A DNA stretch of 64,000 nt from Candidatus Eiseniibacteriota bacterium (GTDB lineage: Bacteria; Eisenbacteria; RBG-16-71-46). The stretch is taken from NCBI GenBank assembly GCA_963725865.1, contig CAVSAC010000010.1, forward strand, positions 128,001-192,000, written 5' to 3'. Below, piece after piece: positions 21,864 to 31,581 of the stretch; positions within the stretch are counted from its first letter, which is position 1; each line of letters begins with the position of its first letter. The position numbers were made by a program, and so were the translations under genes. The notes beneath the pieces are model-generated. The model saw only the letters and a program-made list of their open reading frames with translations, was not told the origin of the DNA and ran no database searches.

Positions 21864-23158
21864 GCCGGCCTCGCGGCGCGCCCGAAGATCGCGTCGACAC
21901 TGCGGAAGAACACGCTCAGGTCGAAGCACTCGGCCAGCCGCTCGGGCGCGAGCCACCGCGTCACCGCGGGATCGGCCGCGAGGCCGTCGCGGAAGCCCGC
22001 GCCGCCGTCGAGGGCCGCGAGCGCGTGCCGCTGCACGATGGCGTAGGCCTCGTCGCGGCCGAGCCCCGCGGCGGTGAGCGCGAGCAGCACCCGCTGGGAG
22101 CACACCAGACCGCCGCCGGCCTCGAGGTGGGCACGCATGCGATCCGGGTAGACGCGCAGGTCCTCGAGCACCTCGGCCATCTCGAACGTCATGAAGTCCA
22201 GCGCGAGGAACGCGTCGGGCAGCACCACGCGCTCCACCGAGGAGTGGCTGATGTCGCGCTCGTGCCACAGGGCCTGGTCCTCGAGCGCCGCGAGGGCGCC
22301 GCCGCGCACCACGCGCGCGAGCCCGCACACCCGCTCGCAGCGGACCGGGTTCCGCTTGTGCGGCATCGCGGAGGAGCCCTTCTGGCCCGCCCGGAACGGC
22401 TCCTCGGCCTCGCGCACTTCGGTGCGCTGCAGGTGGCGCACCTCGAGCGCGATGCGCTCGAGCGAGCCCGCGAGCACCGCCAGCGTGGTCATCAGCGCCG
22501 CGTGCCGGTCGCGCTGGACGATCTGGGTGGCGACCGGCTCGGGCGCGAGCCCGAGGCGCGCGAGCGCGCCCTGCTCGACGCGCGGCGGCACGTGGACCAG
22601 CGTGCCGACGGCGCCCGAGAACTTCCCGACCGCGCAGCCCCGGAGCGCCGCCTCGAGCCGGGCGATCGAGCGCCCGAGCTCCTCGCTCCAGCCGAGGCAC
22701 TTGAGCCCGAACGTGATCGGCTCGGCGTGCACGCCGTGCGTGCGTCCCACCATCGGGGTCGCGCGGTGGCGCTCGGCGAGCGCATACGCCGCGCGGCGCA
22801 CCCGCGCCAGTTGGACGAGCAGCACGCTCCCGGCCTCACCGATCTGCAGCGCGAGCGCGGTGTCGACCAGGTCGGAGGAGGTGAGCCCCGCGTGCAGGTG
22901 GCGGGCGTCGTCGCCGGCGCTCTCGGCCACCATCGAGAGGAACGCGATCACGTCGTGGTGGACCGTGGCCTCGATGGCCAGCATCCGCGCGCCATCGAGC
23001 CGCACGCGGGCACGCACGCGCTCGGCGGTGCCGGCCGGCACCTCGCCGGCCGCCTCGCGCTCCGCGGTCGCCGCCAGCTCCACCTCGAGCCACAGCGCGA
23101 GCCGGCGATCGTCGCTCCAGACCGCCGCCATCTCCGCCCGCGCGTAGCGGTCGATCAT
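21860..23158 (-). CDS. purB: Adenylosuccinate lyase
   Basis: MIDRY, HDVIAF, GRTHGVHAEP, GSSAMPHKRNP. Confidence 0.96.
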   Translation of the reverse strand: MIDRYARAEMAAVWSDDRRLALWLEVELAATAEREAAGEVPAGTAERVRARVRLDGARMLAIEATVHHDVIAFLSMVAESAGDDARHLHAGLTSSDLVDTALALQIGEAGSVLLVQLARVRRAAYALAERHRATPMVGRTHGVHAEPITFGLKCLGWSEELGRSIARLEAALRGCAVGKFSGAVGTLVHVPPRVEQGALARLGLAPEPVATQIVQRDRHAALMTTLAVLAGSLERIALEVRHLQRTEVREAEEPFRAGQKGSSAMPHKRNPVRCERVCGLARVVRGGALAALEDQALWHERDISHSSVERVVLPDAFLALDFMTFEMAEVLEDLRVYPDRMRAHLEAGGGLVCSQRVLLALTAAGLGRDEAYAIVQRHALAALDGGAGFRDGLAADPAVTRWLAPERLAECFDLSVFFRSVDAIFGRAARPA

Positions 23159-24318
23159 CGGGGGCCCCGCGGCGCCTCGGCGAGGGTGACCGTGACGGTG
23201 AGGGCCTTGCCGTCGCGCTCCAGCCCGAGCGTGAGCCGGTCCCCGACCGCTGCTCCGTAGATCGCCCCCTGCGCGTCGTCGACCGACTTGATCGGCGCGC
23301 CGTTCACGCTGCGCAGGCGATCGGCGACGTGCACCCCGGCCTTCTCCGCGGGCCCCCCCGGCTCCACTCGCGAGACGACCAGCCCCGAGACGTCCCGGAA
23401 TCCCAGCCGCTGCGCCAGGTAGGGCGTCACCGGCTGGACCTGGAATCCCGGCCAGGCCGCGCGCACGCGGCCGTAGGTGCGGATCTCGTCCAGGATCCGG
23501 CGCGCGAAGTTGACCGGGATCGCGAAGCCGAGCCCGATCGAGCCGCCACCCTGAGTGAAGATGAAGGTGTTGATCCCGATCACCTCGCCGTCGCCGTTCA
23601 CGAGCGGACCGCCGCTGTTGCCCGGATTGATCGCGGCATCGGTCTGGATCATGTTCTTGTACACGCCGCTCTCGGTCGCCTCGCTCTTGATATCGCGGCG
23701 CGTGGCGCTGATCACGCCGGCGGTCACGGTCGGCTGGGTGTCGTTGAGCAGGAAGCCGAACGGGCTGCCGATCGCGATCGCCCACTCCCCCACCACGAGG
23801 TCGTCGCTGTCGCCGAGCGGCGCCGCGGGGAGGCCCTTGCCCTCGACCTTCAGCACGGCGAGGTCGTACGTGGTGCTGCCCCCGAGCACCTTGGCCGGCA
23901 GCTGCCGGCCGTCGCCGAGCGTCACCGTGATCTGCTCGGCGTCCTGCACGACGTGCGAATTGGTGAGGATCACGCCGCTCGGGTCCACGATCACGCCCGA
24001 GCCGAGCGACGGGATGCGCTCGCGATACTGCATCGGCGGATAGAAGCGCTCCCAGAACTCGTCGCGCAGCGCGCCCCCGAACGGGTCGCTGCGCACCACG
24101 CGCGTCGCCACGACGCTGACCGAGACCACGGCGGGGCTCACGCGCTGCGCCGCGGTCACGATCGCGGTGCGGCGGCTCGCCGACAGGGTCTCCGCCGCGC
24201 TCGCCACCGCCGTGACGTGGCCGGCGGACGGCCACAGCCGCACGATCGTGATCGCGGCCAGCAGCCCCGCCAGCAGTCCGACTCCGAACACCACCCCGGT
24301 GAAGCGTCCGCGCTTCAT
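23155..24318 (-). CDS. HtrA/DegP-family trypsin-like protease with one PDZ domain
   Basis: N-terminal TM, LTNSHVV, DLAVLK, QTDAAINPGNSGGPL, C-terminal PDZ. Confidence 0.92.
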   Translation of the reverse strand: MKRGRFTGVVFGVGLLAGLLAAITIVRLWPSAGHVTAVASAAETLSASRRTAIVTAAQRVSPAVVSVSVVATRVVRSDPFGGALRDEFWERFYPPMQYRERIPSLGSGVIVDPSGVILTNSHVVQDAEQITVTLGDGRQLPAKVLGGSTTYDLAVLKVEGKGLPAAPLGDSDDLVVGEWAIAIGSPFGFLLNDTQPTVTAGVISATRRDIKSEATESGVYKNMIQTDAAINPGNSGGPLVNGDGEVIGINTFIFTQGGGSIGLGFAIPVNFARRILDEIRTYGRVRAAWPGFQVQPVTPYLAQRLGFRDVSGLVVSRVEPGGPAEKAGVHVADRLRSVNGAPIKSVDDAQGAIYGAAVGDRLTLGLERDGKALTVTVTLAEAPRGPR

Positions 24319-25061
24319 GGCTCGTCCCCCGGATAGAAGACCTGTTCGAACACCAGCCCCTGCGGCGGCGCAGTGGTGCCGCCGCGCGAGCGCGCGCCCG
24401 ATTCCAGCACGGCGCGCATCGCCTCCGCCGGATCGGCGGCCTCGGCGGCCACCAGGGCGGTGCCCACGATATTGCGCACCATGTGGTACACGAAGTGGTC
24501 CGCGGTCACGTCGATCCGCACTCCCTGCTCCCAGGCGACCGCCGTCGCGCGAATCATGCGGCAGCGCGACTCCGCCGGACTGCTACCCGCCGCGCGGAAC
24601 GCCGCGAAGTCGTGCTCGCCGAGCAGCGCGCCGACCGCGCGATCGAGCGCCCCGCACTGCAGCGGACGCCGCGGGTGCCAGGCGATGCGTCCCAGCAGCA
24701 CGTCCTCCTCGCGCAGCAGATGGTAGGCGTAGCGGCGCGCGATCGCGTCCCGCCGCGCGTCGAAACCCGGCGCCACGATGTCCGCTCCGCGCACGCGGAC
24801 GTCGTCCGGCAGCGCGCGGTTGAGCAGCGGGGACAGCGCGCTCGCCGGCAGGTGGGTCGGCGACGAGAAGGTCGCCACCTGGCCGCGGGCGTGCACGCCC
24901 GCGTCGGTCCTCCCCGCTCCGGTGATCCGCACGCTCGGCTCCCCCAGGATCTCCGTCAGCACCCGCTCGAGGGTGCCCTGCACGGTGCGCCGCGCGGGCT
25001 GTCGCTGCCAGCCGTGGAACGCGGTGCCGTCGTAGGCGACCACGAGCCTGAACGTCCTCAC
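24315..25061 (-). CDS. truA: tRNA pseudouridine(38-40) synthase (alternative start ATG 25076)
   Basis: YDGTAFHGWQRQ, GAGRTDAGVHARGQ, FVYHMVRNIVG, TAPPQGL. Confidence 0.95.
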   Translation of the reverse strand: MRTFRLVVAYDGTAFHGWQRQPARRTVQGTLERVLTEILGEPSVRITGAGRTDAGVHARGQVATFSSPTHLPASALSPLLNRALPDDVRVRGADIVAPGFDARRDAIARRYAYHLLREEDVLLGRIAWHPRRPLQCGALDRAVGALLGEHDFAAFRAAGSSPAESRCRMIRATAVAWEQGVRIDVTADHFVYHMVRNIVGTALVAAEAADPAEAMRAVLESGARSRGGTTAPPQGLVFEQVFYPGDEP

Positions 25062-25840
25062 CCGGACCGCCAGCATAGCGCGAGCGCTGCCAGCGCCAGT
25101 CCCGCCCATCCGCCCCAGCCCGGCGCGCGGGCCGCGGGCAGCGCGCGGGCGTGCCAGTGCCGCGCCTCGAGCGCGAGCGCCAGCTGCTCGGCACGCTCCA
25201 TCGCCCCCACCAGCGCGGGCACCAGGGTCGCGCGCGCGCGCGTCAGGCGCTCGCCGGCGGTGCGCGGTGGGCGGCCCGCCCGCAGCGTCTGCAGCCGTGC
25301 GATGCGCCGCGTCTCGTCCCGCAGCAGCGGTGCCACCCGCAGCGCCAGACCCAGCACCGCGTGCGCGCGCCGCACCGGCACGCCGAGGCGCTCCAGCGGC
25401 GCGAGCGCGCGGGCCAGCTCGTCGGCCGCGCGCTCGCCCGGCCACGCCGCGCGCAGTCCGTGGACCGCGACGGCGGCGCCCACCACGCGCAGCGCGAGCA
25501 GCACGCCGAGCCCCGCCCCCTCGAACGTGGCCGGGTGACCGAGCAGTACGGGCAGCGGGAGCGCGCGCCCGCGCACCAGCCACAGATTGAGCGCCAGCGA
25601 GACGAGCGCCACGCCGCCGAGGCCCAGCCACCAGGCGCGCGCCGGCCATCGCGCGCCGGCCGCCGCGGCGCCCAGTGCGCCCACCAGCAGCGCCGCGCCC
25701 GCGGTCTCGAAGCGGCCCGCCACCAGCGCGGCCGCCATCGCCCCGAGCAGCAGTCCGCCGCCCTGTCCCGCGCGCCCCGGCGTCGCAGCGGCGTCCCCGG
25801 AGGCGCGGGTCCGCATCGGCTCGAGCGCTCCCACGCTCAT
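25058..25840 (-). CDS. Energy-coupling factor transmembrane component T (EcfT/CbiQ-like), divergent
   Basis: Hydrophobic helices, PLERLGVP...LALR..PLL.DE..RI...Q..R and RAEQLALALEAR coupling-helix motifs. Confidence 0.7.
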   Translation of the reverse strand: MSVGALEPMRTRASGDAAATPGRAGQGGGLLLGAMAAALVAGRFETAGAALLVGALGAAAAGARWPARAWWLGLGGVALVSLALNLWLVRGRALPLPVLLGHPATFEGAGLGVLLALRVVGAAVAVHGLRAAWPGERAADELARALAPLERLGVPVRRAHAVLGLALRVAPLLRDETRRIARLQTLRAGRPPRTAGERLTRARATLVPALVGAMERAEQLALALEARHWHARALPAARAPGWGGWAGLALAALALCWRSG

Positions 25841-26853
25841 CGGCGCCCCGCCCCGATGCGCACCAGGCACTCCGCGATCTGCACGGCATTCAGCGCCGCG
25901 CCCTTGCGCAGGTTGTCGGACGCGCAGAAGTACACCAGCCCGCGCGGATGCGTGAGGTCGTGGCGCGCGCGTCCCACGAGCACCTCGTCGCCGCCGGCCG
26001 CCTCGAGCGGCGTCGGGTAGCGCTGCGAGCCGGGGTCGTCGACGACGCGCACGCCGGGGAACGCGGACCAGAGCCGCCGCGCCTCGGCGGGGCCGATGCC
26101 GGGATCGAACACCGCCTCGATCGCCGCGCAGTGGCCCACGCGCACCGGGACGCGCACCGCCGTGCAGGTCACCGGCAGGTCCGGCAGCGCGAGGATCTTG
26201 CGCGTCTCCCACACCACCTTCATCTCCTCGCGCGTGTAGCCGTTCTCTTCGAAGCGATCGATCTGCGGGATCACGTTGAACGCGAACGGCGCCCGGCCGC
26301 CGGGACGCGGCGGCGGCGGGCCGTCGAGCCCCGCGCGCACTCCCTCGTCGAGCGCCTCGACCGCCTCCGACCCCGCGCCGGAGACCGACTGGTAGGTCGC
26401 CACCGACAGCCGCTCGAGGCGCGCCACGTGCGTGAGCGGCGCGAGCGTCATGGCCACGCCGATGGTGGAGCAGTTGGGATTCGCGATGAGCATCGGGTGG
26501 GCGTCCAGCAAGGCGCCGTTGATCTCCGGCACCACGAGCGGCACCGCGTCGACGTAGCGGAACGCGCTGCTGTTGTCGATGACCTGCGCACCGGCCGCCC
26601 GCGCCACCTTCGCCCACCGTTGCGCGAGGTCGTTGGGGACCGCGAACAGCGCGATGTCGATGCCGTCGAACGCGTGGTCGTCGGCCGGCACGACCGGGAC
26701 GGCGCCGCCGCGGAACGGCAGCGCGCGCGCGCCGGAGCGATCGCTCGCGAGCAGGCGCACGGTGTCGCAGGGGAACGCACGCTCCTCGAGGCACCCGAGC
26801 ATGGTGCGGCCCACCAGCCCCGTGGCTCCCAGGATCGCCACGGAACGAATCAT
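25837..26853 (-). CDS. asd: Aspartate-semialdehyde dehydrogenase
   Basis: GATGLVG, IDNSSAFR, IANPNCST, TYQSVSGAG, TAVRVPV..GH, DNLRKGAALNAVQIAE. Confidence 0.96.
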   Translation of the reverse strand: MIRSVAILGATGLVGRTMLGCLEERAFPCDTVRLLASDRSGARALPFRGGAVPVVPADDHAFDGIDIALFAVPNDLAQRWAKVARAAGAQVIDNSSAFRYVDAVPLVVPEINGALLDAHPMLIANPNCSTIGVAMTLAPLTHVARLERLSVATYQSVSGAGSEAVEALDEGVRAGLDGPPPPRPGGRAPFAFNVIPQIDRFEENGYTREEMKVVWETRKILALPDLPVTCTAVRVPVRVGHCAAIEAVFDPGIGPAEARRLWSAFPGVRVVDDPGSQRYPTPLEAAGGDEVLVGRARHDLTHPRGLVYFCASDNLRKGAALNAVQIAECLVRIGAGRR

Positions 26854-26925
26854 GCGCCCATCCGGATCGGCGTCACGGCACCGTTGCTCCGTCGAAGGGT
26901 GGTGGGGACGGCGTGCGAATCCGGC

Positions 26926-26955
26926 ATGTTAGGTGCGGCCTGCGCGGGCTGTCAA
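26926..26955 (-). promoter_or_regulatory. Sigma70-type promoter upstream of asd, embedded in the lnt 3' end
   Basis: TTGACA-N18-TAACAT. Confidence 0.65.
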
Positions 26956-28413
26956 CGCGAGCACCAGCGCGCGGACCGCGAGCACCGCGCACGCGAGCAG
27001 CGCAGCGGCGCCCGGCCAGTCCCCCCAGCGCGTGAACGGCGTCGGCGGTCCCGGCACCCCGAGTGCCGCCACCAGCACCGCGGGCACGAACACCGGAACC
27101 CGATCCGTCACTCGTCCGCCCGCGTCGATCAGCAGCGTGAGCCCGGTGTTGGCGCAGCGCGCGAGCGGGACGTGGTTCTCGACGGCGCGGAACACCGCCA
27201 TCGCGGCGTGCTGGTACAGCGCGCTGCTGTTGCCGAACCACTCGTCGTTCGTGATGTTCACGAGCCAGCGCGCGCCGTGGCGCACGTCGGCGCGCGCCAG
27301 ATCCGCGAAGATGGACTCGAAGCACACCAGGCACGCGAACGGACCCGCCGCGCTCGGGAACAGCACCGTCGAGTCCCCGGCCGCCCATTCGGCCTGCCCG
27401 AGATCGAGCCGGCCCAGGAACGGCAGCACGCGCTGGAACGGCATGCGCTCGCCGAACGGAACCAGATGGCGCTTCGCGTAGCGCTCTCCGAGCCCGCCGT
27501 CGGGGGCGAACGTCCCCGCGGCGTTGTAGGCGCGCAGGCGTCCGCCCGGTCCCAGCTCCCAGTCGGCATAGCCCGCGAACACCGGCACCCCGGTGCGCGC
27601 GGCGAGCTCGGTGACCTCGAGCGCCTGGTCCAGCTGCTTGCGCAGATAGGAGCCGGTCGCGGTTTCGGGCCAGATCAGGAGCGCCGGTCGCGGCGTGCGG
27701 CGCGCGGCGGAGTCGCTGAGCGCGACGAACCGCGCGAGGATCTCGCCCTGGTGCCGGCCGGACCACTTGATCTCGCCCGGGATGTTTCCCTGCACGAGCG
27801 CGACCACCGGACCTGCGCGGCGCGGAAGGGCGTCGAGAGCGCGGGTGCCCCACGCGAACGCGAACGCGAGCAGCAACCCCGCCCCCAGCGCCGCGCGCAG
27901 GCGCGCGCCGCCGGCCGCCGCGCGCCACGCCAGCACGTTGAGCGCCACCACCCACAGCGTGACCAGGCGCGCGCCCCCGATCGCCGCCAGCTGTACGACC
28001 GGCAGGTAGGCGTGCTGCGTGTAGCCGGCCTCGAACCACGGGAAGCCCAGCTCGCCCGAGCCGCGCAGCACCTCCACCGCCAGCCACACCGCCGGGAACA
28101 CGACCGCGAGCGGCAGGCGCGCGCGCCGAACGAGCACGCCGGCGAGCAGGGTCGCGAGGCCCGGGAACACCGCGAGGTAGGCGGCGGCGAGCAGCCACGC
28201 CGGGTACTTCACCCACGGCACCGTGATCGCGACCTCGGACAGCAGCGCGATCCAGTGGACGCCGATGAGGAAGAACGCGAGGCCGAACCACCAACCCAGG
28301 AGGAACAGCGCCCGCGCCCGCGCGCCGCGCGCGAGCCGCGCGTCGAGGGCCGCCAGCAGCGGGATCAGGGCACCCCACGCCAGGAAGCCGAGGGGCGCCG
28401 GGAGGAACGCCAC
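26929..28413 (-). CDS. lnt: Apolipoprotein N-acyltransferase (true start probably ~45 nt further upstream)
   Basis: TM N-domain with GFPW, VQGNI, IWPETA, YAKRHLVPFGE, VCFESIF, NITNDEWFG, RAVEN, RCANTG. Confidence 0.93.
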   Translation of the reverse strand: MAFLPAPLGFLAWGALIPLLAALDARLARGARARALFLLGWWFGLAFFLIGVHWIALLSEVAITVPWVKYPAWLLAAAYLAVFPGLATLLAGVLVRRARLPLAVVFPAVWLAVEVLRGSGELGFPWFEAGYTQHAYLPVVQLAAIGGARLVTLWVVALNVLAWRAAAGGARLRAALGAGLLLAFAFAWGTRALDALPRRAGPVVALVQGNIPGEIKWSGRHQGEILARFVALSDSAARRTPRPALLIWPETATGSYLRKQLDQALEVTELAARTGVPVFAGYADWELGPGGRLRAYNAAGTFAPDGGLGERYAKRHLVPFGERMPFQRVLPFLGRLDLGQAEWAAGDSTVLFPSAAGPFACLVCFESIFADLARADVRHGARWLVNITNDEWFGNSSALYQHAAMAVFRAVENHVPLARCANTGLTLLIDAGGRVTDRVPVFVPAVLVAALGVPGPPTPFTRWGDWPGAAALLACAVLAVRALVLALTARAGRT

Positions 28414-28459
28414 CCCGAGCAGCGCGCCCGACAGCAGCGCGAGTCCGGTCTCGAGTCGC

Positions 28460-29476
28460 TCAGTCGAGCCGGACCTCCTTGCCCTGCTCGGCCGAGCGAT
28501 ACACCGCGTCCATCAACTCCATCACCGGCAGCAGCTCCTCCGCCGAGCCCATCGGCTTGGCGCCCTTGCGGAACACGTCGGCGACGTGCGCGATCTGCCC
28601 CTCGATGGAGACCTTGTACTGGTTCTTCGCGGTGTCGAGCGTGGTCGGCGTCACGTTCACCAGCTCGCCGTGCATGCCCTTGTGGAGGCGGAACGGATTC
28701 AGCAGCGCGGCGCCGCCCGAGCCCAGCAGGTTGAGGTAGGCGAAGTCCTTCTCCATCAGCAGGCCCCACGTGAGCTCGAGCGTCAGCGTGGCGCCGGTGG
28801 CCAGCCGGAAGAACGCGGTGGCCGAATCCTCGACCTCGCCCTTGCGCGAGCGGTGCAGGCTCGCCGTCACCGAGTCCACCTTCGGCTGGTCGAGCACCCA
28901 CAGCGCGAGATCGAGCATCTGAAAGCCGAGGTCGAGCACCACGCCGCCGCCCGATTCGCGCTTGGTGCGGCGCCACTCGTCGGAGTCCCAGCTGGTGCGC
29001 TGGCGCAGCCAGCCGGTCTTGGCGTGGAAGATCTCCCCGAGGTCGCCCTTCTCCACGAACTTCTTCAGCAGCAGCGCGTCGGGACGGAAGCGGTGCTGCA
29101 CCGCGCACAGGCACAACCGGTCGGCCTTCTTCGCCGCCTTCACCATCGCGGCGGCCTCCTGCGCGCTGCGCGCGAGCGGGCGCTCGCACAGCACGTGCTT
29201 GCCCGCCTCGAGCGCCGCGACCGCCATCGGCTGGTGCAGGTAGTTCGGGGTACACAGATCGACCGCATCGATGGAGTCGTCCGCGAGCAGCTCGTCGAAG
29301 CGTCCGAGCGCGCTCGGAATGCCGAAACGCTGCGCCACCTGCTGCGCCTTCTCGGGATCCCGGTCGACGATCGCCACCAGCTCCAGCCCCTCGACCTTCT
29401 TCAGGGCCGGAATGTGGTTGATCTGGGCCGCGGCACCTGCTCCCACCAGTCCGATCCGCACGTTTTTTCGCGCCAA
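28460..29476 (-). CDS. Gfo/Idh/MocA-family oxidoreductase with atypical catalytic motifs
   Basis: GLVGAG, TPNYLH, GKHVLCERP, GGGVVLDLGFQMLD; TTG start after GGAGG. Confidence 0.85.
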   Translation of the reverse strand: MARKNVRIGLVGAGAAAQINHIPALKKVEGLELVAIVDRDPEKAQQVAQRFGIPSALGRFDELLADDSIDAVDLCTPNYLHQPMAVAALEAGKHVLCERPLARSAQEAAAMVKAAKKADRLCLCAVQHRFRPDALLLKKFVEKGDLGEIFHAKTGWLRQRTSWDSDEWRRTKRESGGGVVLDLGFQMLDLALWVLDQPKVDSVTASLHRSRKGEVEDSATAFFRLATGATLTLELTWGLLMEKDFAYLNLLGSGGAALLNPFRLHKGMHGELVNVTPTTLDTAKNQYKVSIEGQIAHVADVFRKGAKPMGSAEELLPVMELMDAVYRSAEQGKEVRLD

Positions 29477-29510
29477 GGGAAGCCCTCCATGGAGTAAGGC
29501 CGGGCGCAGT

Positions 29511-30527
<1,017 letters not shown>

Positions 30528-30561
30528 CCCCACCTCCTCCTCACCACCAGTCCCACGGGGG

Positions 30562-31581
30562 TCACGCCTCGATCCACTCCACTCCGCGCTCGCCGGACTC
30601 GACCGCGCCGATCGTCCACACCGTCTCGCCGTGGCGCTCCAGCTCGCCCGTCACGCCGGCCGCGGCCTCGCGCGCCACCACGGCGACCAGCCCGATGCCG
30701 AGGTTGAGCGCGGCGCGGGCGTCCTCCTCCGGCACCGCGCCCGCCCGCAACAGCCACTCGAACAGCGGCGGACGCGGCCACCCGCCGGCGCGCACGCGCG
30801 CGCGGCAGCCCGCAGGGAGCACCCGCACCAGGTTGCCCGCGATGCCGCCGCCGGTCACGTGCGCGAGCGCGTGCAGCCCGGCCCCACCCACCAGCGGCAG
30901 CACGCTGCGGCCGTACCAGCGGTGCGGCGCCAGCAGCGCGTCGCCGACCCGCTCCCCCGCGCCACCCGGCAGCGGAGCGTCGAGCGGCATCCCGCTCGCC
31001 TCCACCACGCGGCGCGCGAGCGAGTACCCATTGGTGTGGAGGCCGCTGCCGGCCAATCCCAGCACCACGTCGCCGGCCCGCACCGCGCTTCCGTCCAGCA
31101 CCCGCGCGGGGTCCACCGTGCCGAGCATGCAACCGGCCACGTCCACCACGCCCGCGAGGTAGGTGTCCGGCAGCTCGGCGGTCTCGCCTCCGAGCAGCAC
31201 CGCCCCGACCTCGCGACAGGCGCGCGCGAGGCCCGCGACCACCGCCACCACCACCTCGGAATCCAGGCGCGACTGCGCGATGTAGTCGAGGAACGCCAGC
31301 GGGCGCGCACCGTGCACGAGCAGATCGTTGGCCCCGTGGTACACGAGGTCGGCCGCGGCGTCGGCGACCCGACCCGCGGCCACGCCCAGGTGGAGCTTGG
31401 TGCCGACACCGTCCATCGTGGCCGCCAGCAGCGCCGGAGCGCCGGGGAACGCCATCACCCCGGCGAATCCGCCCGCCAGCGGGCGCACGCCCGCGGTCCA
31501 CGTCGAGCGCACGGCGCGGCCGAGTTCTTCCTTCACCGCGTCGGCCCGCGCGATGTCCACGCCCGCGTCGCGATAGCGCAT
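30562..31581 (-). CDS. purM: Phosphoribosylformylglycinamidine cyclo-ligase
   Basis: YRDAGVDI, DGVGTKL, GGETAELP, SGLHTNGYSL, HVTGGG. Confidence 0.95.
   Translation of the reverse strand: MRYRDAGVDIARADAVKEELGRAVRSTWTAGVRPLAGGFAGVMAFPGAPALLAATMDGVGTKLHLGVAAGRVADAAADLVYHGANDLLVHGARPLAFLDYIAQSRLDSEVVVAVVAGLARACREVGAVLLGGETAELPDTYLAGVVDVAGCMLGTVDPARVLDGSAVRAGDVVLGLAGSGLHTNGYSLARRVVEASGMPLDAPLPGGAGERVGDALLAPHRWYGRSVLPLVGGAGLHALAHVTGGGIAGNLVRVLPAGCRARVRAGGWPRPPLFEWLLRAGAVPEEDARAALNLGIGLVAVVAREAAAGVTGELERHGETVWTIGAVESGERGVEWIEA

Noticed and set aside
18118..21900. 1260-aa minus-strand ORF
   Set aside because: A composite of an off-frame purL shadow, the purQ N-terminus, post-frameshift junk and the PurS-like gene; not one protein.
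26854..26925. Structured asd leader as a lysine riboswitch or tRNA fragment
   Set aside because: About 70 nt is too short for a lysine riboswitch, and neither its conserved motifs nor a cloverleaf is evident.
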